Below are positions 58,500-64,000 of a stretch of DNA of 64,000 bases, piece by piece. The DNA lies in the IMG/VR virus record IMGVR_UViG_3300034068_000289, positions 4,340-68,339 of that record; one strand, written 5' to 3'. The notes beneath the pieces are model-generated. The model saw only the letters and a list, made by a program, of their open reading frames with translations, searched no databases and had not been told where the DNA came from. Numbering within the stretch: position 1 is the first letter of the stretch; each line of letters opens with the position of its first letter. This stretch comes from a virus. Position numbers and translations under genes: made by a program.

Positions 58500-58696
58500 T
58501 TTAAAATTATACCATAAAACGGACAATACAGACATGATATTAAAGTTTACCAGATTGTTACAATTGAGAATGTCCGTTTTGTTACCATAAGTCTTTTATG
58601 CCAGGATTGCGATAGTGTATACTTAAATATATATAAGAGAAAAGAACTATCTTTAAGGTTTGTATATAGAAGATATCTTATATATAGTATATAGAG

Positions 58697-58948
58697 TTAC
58701 TTTGATTTTGAAATATACTCAATTAGAGTATCATACATATGGTCCAATTTTCTTTCCATATCTTGTCTTCGGTTATCTGCTTCGTTAATTCTAATTTCTA
58801 ATCTCGAAACCTGGTCTTTTAAACTTGATCCAGAATTCGGTTTAAGTTCGACGAGATAATGTTTTACCAACCACTTGATTCCAAATGCGATTGATGATAC
58901 AATTGTTAGGATGGCTACGATTAGCGAAGCCCAGTCTTGTACTGTCAT
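58697..58948 (-). CDS. Single-TM membrane protein (holin-like)
   Basis: N-terminal TM helix, ELKPNSGSSLKD motif, coiled coil; start moved to ATG 58948. Confidence 0.6.
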   Translation of the reverse strand: MTVQDWASLIVAILTIVSSIAFGIKWLVKHYLVELKPNSGSSLKDQVSRLEIRINEADNRRQDMERKLDHMYDTLIEYISKSK

Positions 58949-58982
58949 AATAGTATTATTATAAGGGGTATATTTTACAAAA

Positions 58983-59750
58983 ATGAAAACGGACATACTT
59001 GATACACTGGAGCATTCTCAAAATTTAATTATATCTCCTGATATGGATGGTTTGGTGTCGGCGCAGTTATTAAATCGTTTTAACGGTTCGAAAATAGTTG
59101 GCACGTATGACAAGAACATTCTTTGTTTAGCAGATGGCGCAAATCCAGATGAATGCTTGTTCGTCGATTGCGATATGAATCGTCAAAATTATGTGTCACT
59201 CGGAAACCATATGCGACTGTTAGATGATTCTATGTCGGTTGAGTCTTTCAATCCGAATGTTCACTTCGGCGTCTCGACATATAGCGACAAGTTTCCATAT
59301 GCAACTGCGTTTTTAATTTCGTTCGCAACAGAGGTTCAAACCTCCGCCTCTGACCTTATCCGCATGGCATACGCTGATTCAACTCTTAAGAATATGGAGT
59401 CTTACAGCGCTAACATGATCAATTGGTCAAAACGGATGGAACATCCTGCAGTAAAGTATATTACAGACAATTCGGACATTGCAAGAGAGAATGATGTGCA
59501 AGCAAGGTTTGACTATATTCAGCAATCTTTTACATCTAAGAGATATGGCAAAGATCGATATATACAAACCCTAAATACGGCATTTGAAGAGCAAGGGGTA
59601 GCATTTGAACCGCTTGTAACTGGTAAGAAATATATGTGTGACAAAGTTGGTATTAACACTGTGATAAGGTATAATAGAGATATAATTTCATATGCTGAGA
59701 TTTTCGGCGGGGAATATTCAATAACATACGATCAGGAGGTAGATTGGTAA
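58983..59750 (+). CDS. DHH-like phosphoesterase
   Basis: SPDMDG, LFVDCD, GNH (in place of DHH), AYADS. Confidence 0.55.
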   Translation: MKTDILDTLEHSQNLIISPDMDGLVSAQLLNRFNGSKIVGTYDKNILCLADGANPDECLFVDCDMNRQNYVSLGNHMRLLDDSMSVESFNPNVHFGVSTYSDKFPYATAFLISFATEVQTSASDLIRMAYADSTLKNMESYSANMINWSKRMEHPAVKYITDNSDIARENDVQARFDYIQQSFTSKRYGKDRYIQTLNTAFEEQGVAFEPLVTGKKYMCDKVGINTVIRYNRDIISYAEIFGGEYSITYDQEVDW

Positions 59751-59947
59751 TGAGCGAACAAGTAAGACCTTGGAACATGCTTGATGGATCTCCTCGTGTA
59801 TCTGATGAAGAAGCAGCGATAAGGTATAATATATGTAAGGGTTGTGAGTTTTTCAGACCCATGACAAAAAGATGTGCTGAGTGTGGTTGCTTTATGAAAG
59901 CAAAGACTCAATTAGCAAAAGCAGTATGTCCAAAGGGGAAGTGGTAA
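59750..59947 (+). CDS. Small Cys-rich metal-binding protein
   Basis: R..ICKGC...CAECGCFMKAK...CPKGKW. Confidence 0.7.
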   Translation: MSEQVRPWNMLDGSPRVSDEEAAIRYNICKGCEFFRPMTKRCAECGCFMKAKTQLAKAVCPKGKW

Positions 59948-59948
59948 T

Positions 59949-60191
59949 ATGGCAATTCCAGTAGAACACAGAGAACAAGTGATACAGTATTTTGAGTTAG
60001 TTGAGACTATCGCAAAGGTAATGATGGCAGAGATGTTTCATAATGTCTCACAAGCACCACTTCTTGCACAAGTTGAAAATCAAATTTTCTTAGAGGCCAA
60101 CGCAAAGGCAGCAGAACAACTTGGGTTTTCATATTACCCATGGCCATTTGGAGAAACGTCAGAAACACATTATGAAGGAATTGGAGAATAA
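59949..60191 (+). CDS. Hypothetical protein
   Basis: 80-aa ORF in a tightly coupled plus-strand operon. Confidence 0.6.
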   Translation: MAIPVEHREQVIQYFELVETIAKVMMAEMFHNVSQAPLLAQVENQIFLEANAKAAEQLGFSYYPWPFGETSETHYEGIGE

Positions 60192-60192
60192 A

Positions 60193-60378
60193 ATGGATAG
60201 AACAGAAGCAGTCGAACTTATGACAAGTACAGTCGATGAATTTAATAGATACCAGGCAGAGCAACAAGGTATTGACTCTGAGCAGGTTGAACAGTATATT
60301 GCTGCAGCCAGAGATCAGATGATCTTTGTTAATGGGATGTTGTATGATACGCTCAAAGCAAATGGAGTGATCAATTGA
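60193..60378 (+). CDS. Hypothetical protein
   Basis: MDRTEAVELM...; GGAG RBS; start moved to 60193. Confidence 0.6.
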   Translation: MDRTEAVELMTSTVDEFNRYQAEQQGIDSEQVEQYIAAARDQMIFVNGMLYDTLKANGVIN

Positions 60379-60524
60379 TCCCCGAAAATATTAAACCTTA
60401 TTTGATGAATTGTGATGTTGAGGCTTGGTCTGACACTACGAAAGAAGAAATTACAAAACTTGCTATAGAACGTCAGAATTCTGAAAAATATTGGAGAGAT
60501 CGTATTTTTCACGAAAACATGTAA
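60375..60524 (+). CDS. Hypothetical protein (49 aa, TTG start)
   Basis: TTGA overlap upstream, TAATG coupling downstream, GGAG RBS. Confidence 0.45.
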   Translation: MIPENIKPYLMNCDVEAWSDTTKEEITKLAIERQNSEKYWRDRIFHENM

Positions 60525-60697
60525 TGTCAAACCACAAAGATAAGGCTTGGCTTGAGAAACAATATGTTGACAACAATAAATCTATTGACGACTTAGCCAA
60601 GATGTGTAATGTTGATCGAAAAATTATTATTCAAGCGTTAAACGATTTTCAGATATATAGGTCTTATAAAACCGATAAACATCCTAAGCGATGGTAG
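60524..60697 (+). CDS. Small HTH DNA-binding protein
   Basis: WL...Y....KSIDDLAKMCNV....I...L..F.I pattern. Confidence 0.6.
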   Translation: MSNHKDKAWLEKQYVDNNKSIDDLAKMCNVDRKIIIQALNDFQIYRSYKTDKHPKRW

Positions 60698-60860
60698 GTT
60701 TTCCTTCACGAATAAACTTAGCAACATCATGAGCCAAATCGTGATCTATGCCATGAAAGTGTCTTTCTACCTCATTGGCAATCTGTGTACGAATACCAGC
60801 AGATAGTTTTTCTACTATAATAATTGCTTGCTGTTCTGGTGTTAGTTCATTGTTTTCCAT
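60684..60860 (-). CDS. Hypothetical protein (58 aa, not in ORF track)
   Basis: MENNELTPEQQAIIIVEKLSAGIR...; GAGGGG RBS; TAATG-coupled. Confidence 0.6.
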   Translation of the reverse strand: MENNELTPEQQAIIIVEKLSAGIRTQIANEVERHFHGIDHDLAHDVAKFIREGKPTIA

Positions 60861-61054
60861 TATTGATCCCCCTCGGATTTACGACCTATGTCTAGCCAGA
60901 AGATTTCTCTGCCCATAGCATCTGTTTCTGGAATAGCCTTTGACTCCCGCTGACAAGTACATCCTGAGCAGCAGGTTTCTGAAAATAATTTTACAGCAAG
61001 GTTTGGTGGTTCTAACCCATCCCAGGCATTTTCCAGATTGTCTAAAATTCCCAT
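60860..61054 (-). CDS. Small Cys-containing protein
   Basis: MGILDNLENAWD...CCSGCTC; leaderless TGGTAAAAT promoter 6 nt upstream. Confidence 0.6.
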   Translation of the reverse strand: MGILDNLENAWDGLEPPNLAVKLFSETCCSGCTCQRESKAIPETDAMGREIFWLDIGRKSEGDQ

Positions 61055-61123
61055 GGATCCATTTTACCACAAATCTGAAAATCTTGTTCAGATGTATGAT
61101 ACGTATATTTAAACAGAAAAACC

Positions 61124-61157
61124 AAAAAAGATAGTGCGCCCATAATAGATGCACTAC
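61124..61157 (-). terminator. Intrinsic terminator ending the leftward early operon
   Basis: GTAGTGCATC-TATTATG-GGCGCACTAT followed by CTTTTTT. Confidence 0.7.
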
Positions 61158-61172
61158 CTTATTTGATCTTAT

Positions 61173-61385
61173 TTAATTTTTAGTACTGGTGCCACCCTCT
61201 TGTTTAGCACTAGTGCCCTGTATCCAACCAGAGTGAATGCCAACCAAAGGTGCATCAATACACACGGCTGTGCCCTGATGTAGTGTAGCCTTATACAATT
61301 CAATAAACTCTAATAGATGTTCTTTAGTATTGAACTTCATCTCTCTAGTAGTACCTGATGTACTTGTTAATGTTGCTTTAATCAT
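61173..61385 (-). CDS. Small early protein (paralogue of 63501-63686)
   Basis: Shared TL....G....(F/L)..K....FI..Y...L..G.AV...G.I.G pattern. Confidence 0.65.
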   Translation of the reverse strand: MIKATLTSTSGTTREMKFNTKEHLLEFIELYKATLHQGTAVCIDAPLVGIHSGWIQGTSAKQEGGTSTKN

Positions 61386-61538
61386 TTAGTTATATACCCT
61401 CTCTATTAGCGCACTTACCTGTGCGTATATGTTAGCGTGTGCATAGCACACTTTCTCTGTAGGTACGCCTAGCATAAAGGCATCAGTGCCACTATATACT
61501 AGCGATGTGCTATCGCAATCAGTTACTATACATTTCAT
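61386..61538 (-). CDS. Small early protein (50 aa)
   Basis: MKCIVTDCD...CYAH; AAGGAG RBS. Confidence 0.55.
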   Translation of the reverse strand: MKCIVTDCDSTSLVYSGTDAFMLGVPTEKVCYAHANIYAQVSALIERVYN

Positions 61539-61643
61539 TTATTTATTCTCCTTAGTACATTTGCAGGGGCTAATTGTTATTGTGTTATCTTTGTGGATAA
61601 CTGTTGCTAGCGTATCGCAAGCATCGCATATATAGATAATCAT
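61539..61643 (-). CDS. Tiny Cys-rich early protein (34 aa)
   Basis: MIIYICDACD...PCKC; GAGG RBS. Confidence 0.55.
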   Translation of the reverse strand: MIIYICDACDTLATVIHKDNTITISPCKCTKENK

Positions 61644-61859
61644 TTAGTTAGTACCTCTATTAGCGAATACCCATTTACTTTCGTTAGGGCTTAGGTACTT
61701 GTGAGAGATAAGGTTCTCACTTGCTACCATATAGACATATGCCATACGGCTAATATAGTTACCGTCTTTAGTACGGAATAGATAAGGGGACTTAGTATTG
61801 CTACTAGCCATAGGATGAGTAGGCTCTACTACTACTGTTATTTCATTTAGTGATATCAT
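61644..61859 (-). CDS. Small early protein
   Basis: First gene of the leftward operon; AGAAAGGA RBS. Confidence 0.6.
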   Translation of the reverse strand: MISLNEITVVVEPTHPMASSNTKSPYLFRTKDGNYISRMAYVYMVASENLISHKYLSPNESKWVFANRGTN

Positions 61860-62016
61860 TTTGATATCCTTTCTTTTAATTCGGCTAAACCTTTTAGCCT
61901 TTTTGCTGACCTAGGTTATTTGCTCTTATTTGCTACGCTCACCCTATTGCTAGGTTTATTTGGTAGGCTCAGAGGCTCACTAGGATTTTTCCTTATTTAA
62001 TTTTTCTTATAGTAGA

Positions 62017-62045
62017 ATACTACCATAACTACCCTGAAATATCAA
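62017..62045 (-). promoter_or_regulatory. Leftward sigma-A-type promoter
   Basis: TTGATA-17-TAGTAT with extended TG. Confidence 0.65.
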
Positions 62046-62167
62046 GGCGACACGCCGTCTAGGGCTATGTGATTTAGGTCACTTATTCGCTACGCTCATC
62101 CTAGAATCTAGGCTTATTTGGTAGGCTCATTAACCTTTTTAACACTATTTAATTTTCTTATACTAGA

Positions 62168-62196
62168 AGTATAGCAAAGAAATGTCAAAAAGTCAA
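62168..62196 (-). promoter_or_regulatory. Leftward sigma-A-type promoter
   Basis: TTGACT-17-TATACT with extended TG. Confidence 0.75.
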
Positions 62197-62217
62197 GACG
62201 ACACGCCGTATCTAGTA

Positions 62218-62326
62218 TGTGATTCGCATCACACGGCCCGATCCTCGGGGTTATCCACAGGTTATCCACGTGATACACATCACACCCCTATTTCACGCTC
62301 AAGTTATCCACGTGATGTACCTCACA
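62218..62326. promoter_or_regulatory. Cluster of CRP-like palindromes and DnaA-box-like motifs
   Basis: (T/C)GTGA-N6-TCACA at 62218, 62269, 62311; TTATCCAC(A/G) at 62251, 62262, 62304. Confidence 0.65.
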
Positions 62327-62366
62327 ATACCTTTTGTCCGTAATGTCCGTTTTGTACCCCCCTAAA

Positions 62367-62388
62367 TGTCAGACCCCCCTGCTATACT
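62367..62388 (+). promoter_or_regulatory. Rightward promoter of PafBC/RecA-NDp type
   Basis: TGTCAG-N10-TATACT. Confidence 0.6.
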
Positions 62389-62440
62389 TACTAGTATAAA
62401 GAAAGTTGAGAAAGGTTCTCAAACTAGAAAGGATTTCTAA

Positions 62441-62623
62441 ATGAAATCAAATGTAATAAATACAGTATGTGTATCACATACCCCTAATAAGTCTGCTATC
62501 TCAGACCATAATGATGAGCAATTCACATTTTGTGAAATTTGCGAAAATAACATTGAGCGTTGGTATAACGACTCAGACCCTGAAAGACTACCTATGTGGT
62601 CAGATTGGAAGGTGTCTAAATAA
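62441..62623 (+). CDS. Small zinc-binding early protein
   Basis: C..H...CEIC; AGAAAGGA RBS. Confidence 0.65.
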   Translation: MKSNVINTVCVSHTPNKSAISDHNDEQFTFCEICENNIERWYNDSDPERLPMWSDWKVSK

Positions 62624-62796
62624 TGACAAATAGAATTTGGGAAAGTCTTAACGACTATCAAAATGAATTTGACGCTAAGCGTCTAGGCTATGTATCTTGC
62701 TCAGCAGGGTGCGGTAGAGTAACCGCTTGGTCGCTCTGTACAATGTGTGGCGGTAACTACGCTACTCACAATCTACTAGGTAAGGAGTCTAAATAA
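62623..62796 (+). CDS. Small Cys-rich early protein (57 aa)
   Basis: MTNRIWES...CSAGC...CTMC; TAATG-coupled. Confidence 0.6.
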   Translation: MTNRIWESLNDYQNEFDAKRLGYVSCSAGCGRVTAWSLCTMCGGNYATHNLLGKESK

Positions 62797-62933
62797 TGAC
62801 TAAACTAATTTGTTGCTTTTGCGAAAATACTTATTCTGAGGGAACGCTATTCTGCGGTTTCTGTAATGAGTATAAAGGTCTAATGACTATAAATGAATTT
62901 GATAAATACTATGGAAAGAGGGTTTACTCATAA
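62796..62933 (+). CDS. Small zinc-finger early protein (45 aa)
   Basis: MTKLICCFC...CGFCNEYKG; AAGGAG RBS; TAATG-coupled. Confidence 0.6.
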   Translation: MTKLICCFCENTYSEGTLFCGFCNEYKGLMTINEFDKYYGKRVYS

Positions 62934-63061
62934 TGAAATTAGACGAATACAAACAAATGGTTGAGGCGCAACGCCTCACCTCTTTAGCACTAGCCTTAGA
63001 CGCTCTACGCAAATCCAATGCGATAATGGAAAACACTTTTAATTTAGAGGAGAATGAATAA
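62933..63061 (+). CDS. Small helical early protein (42 aa)
   Basis: MKLDEYKQMVEAQR...; GAGGG RBS; TAATG-coupled. Confidence 0.55.
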   Translation: MKLDEYKQMVEAQRLTSLALALDALRKSNAIMENTFNLEENE

Positions 63062-63154
63062 ATGAAAACACTTCAAGAAAAACTTGATCTTGCTGCTAAA
63101 GAATTAGAGCCAATTCTTTGGGAATTACTAAATGAAATTGAGGAAAATAAATAA
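63062..63154 (+). CDS. Tiny helical early protein (30 aa)
   Basis: MKTLQEKLDLAAKELEPILWELLNEIEENK; GAGGAG RBS. Confidence 0.55.
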   Translation: MKTLQEKLDLAAKELEPILWELLNEIEENK

Positions 63155-63252
63155 TGAGTTTCTATGAAACATTTTTTGTAAGTGGTAATGCTTTATTTTG
63201 GTTTTCAATGATTTGTTTAACTTGGGGATTTATTTTATTTGTAAAAGAGTAA
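63154..63252 (+). CDS. Tiny membrane peptide (32 aa)
   Basis: MSFYETFFVSGNALFWFSMICLTWGFILFVKE; GAGGA RBS; TAATG-coupled. Confidence 0.55.
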   Translation: MSFYETFFVSGNALFWFSMICLTWGFILFVKE

Positions 63253-63318
63253 AAAAATCCTCGGGCGATTTTGTGGTGTAAATCACATAGAAAATGTCCG
63301 TTTTGTCCGTGTCTAAAT

Positions 63319-63347
63319 TTGACTTTTGGGGTCTAGCCTGCTATAAT
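63319..63347 (+). promoter_or_regulatory. Near-consensus sigma-A promoter
   Basis: TTGACT-17-TATAAT with extended TG. Confidence 0.8.
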
Positions 63348-63445
63348 TGCATTATACAAAAAAATAAAGGACAAATTGGCTAATGAGCCTAAGCAAATAA
63401 GTGTGATACAAATCACAATGAGCCTTAGCAAATAAGTAGCCAAAA

Positions 63446-63467
63446 TGTCAGCCCCTAATGGTAAGAT
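63446..63467 (+). promoter_or_regulatory. Rightward promoter of PafBC/RecA-NDp type
   Basis: TGTCAG-N10-TAAGAT. Confidence 0.6.
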
Positions 63468-63500
63468 AGTCTTATCAACTAAAAGAAAGGAAGTCTATAA

Positions 63501-63686
63501 ATGACTTACACTATAACACTAGAAACCTTTAATGGTTCTACAAAAAAAATCGCTCTACCTTCTAAAGGTGCGGTTGCTCAATTCATAAACACTTACGCAG
63601 AACAACTGCCTGTTGGTGTTGCTGTTAAAATGTCTTGCGACGCTCTTAGCGTTCGTGGAACAATTAGAGGAAAGGCGGTTCTATAA
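63501..63686 (+). CDS. Small early protein (paralogue of 61173-61385)
   Basis: AGAAAGGA RBS; similarity visible by eye. Confidence 0.65.
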   Translation: MTYTITLETFNGSTKKIALPSKGAVAQFINTYAEQLPVGVAVKMSCDALSVRGTIRGKAVL

Positions 63687-63808
63687 TGGGATACATTGAA
63701 ATCTTTCGCCTTGATGAGCAAGGTGCTGGCTGGGTTGATTTATCTGAGGCTACCCCCTCAGAATTGCTTGACATTGAAATTGGACTACTAAACGAAGGAG
63801 CACTATAA
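63686..63808 (+). CDS. Small acidic early protein (40 aa)
   Basis: MGYIEIFRLDEQGAGWVDL...; TAATG-coupled. Confidence 0.55.
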   Translation: MGYIEIFRLDEQGAGWVDLSEATPSELLDIEIGLLNEGAL

Positions 63809-63809
63809 A

Positions 63810-64000
63810 ATGGTAACGATTGAACACTCACTAAAATTCATAACTGAGGTTGATGAAACTCATCCAGCCACCCTTGCCCTGCTATCTCTTTCTAAAAGTG
63901 AACAGGTTAAAATTCTTGAAGGAATGCTAAAAGATTTGGTTGCGCCTGCTCTAAATCCAATAATTGAGGACATAAATAAAAATGGTTCTTATGCAATTCT
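63810..64000 (+). CDS. Partial hypothetical protein (runs off the window)
   Basis: AAGGAG RBS; MVTIEHSLKFITEVDETHP...; open to the end. Confidence 0.55.
   Translation, partial: MVTIEHSLKFITEVDETHPATLALLSLSKSEQVKILEGMLKDLVAPALNPIIEDINKNGSYAI

Larger units (their letters stand above)
61926..62209. repeat. Imperfect ~150-bp tandem duplication of a promoter + leader unit
   Basis: Both copies carry TTATT(T/C)GCTACGCTCA, TTATTTGGTAGGCTCA, TATTTAATTTT(T)CTTAT, a promoter and GACACGCCGT. Confidence 0.8.

Noticed and set aside
61916-63435. CRISPR array interpretation of the TGAGC...AAATAA repeats
   Set aside because: Repeats are only 16-17 nt, occur in pairs with 14-18-nt hairpin spacers, and no cas genes are present.

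Overview
This window is part of the genome of a large, AT-rich tailed phage with siphovirus-type morphogenesis. The host is most likely a low-GC freshwater actinobacterium, inferred from leaderless extended -10 promoters, PafBC-like and CRP-like sites, and a PASTA-like domain. Positions 1-58.9 kb are almost all minus-strand genes, in this order from the left: 2OG-Fe(II) oxygenases, a bacterial-type replication/recombination module (resolvase, RecA, DnaE, SSB, primase, DnaB), tail and head genes (2859-aa tape measure, major tail, HK97-type capsid, protease/scaffold, portal), a class II ribonucleotide reductase, and a long fibre/appendage region. The top candidate novel system is in that appendage region and occurs twice: a fibre ending in a shared adaptor domain, then a low-complexity repeat protein with a C-terminal self-cleaving Hint domain, then dedicated 2OG-Fe(II) oxygenases with or without a sulfotransferase. 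The right end (61-64 kb) is a divergent early region of tiny ORFs. Its non-coding parts carry sigma-A and PafBC-type promoters, CRP-like palindromes, DnaA boxes and transcribed repeat-hairpin-repeat units. No tRNA, rRNA, CRISPR array, integrase or terminase was recognised. All product calls come from motif reading, not database searches.
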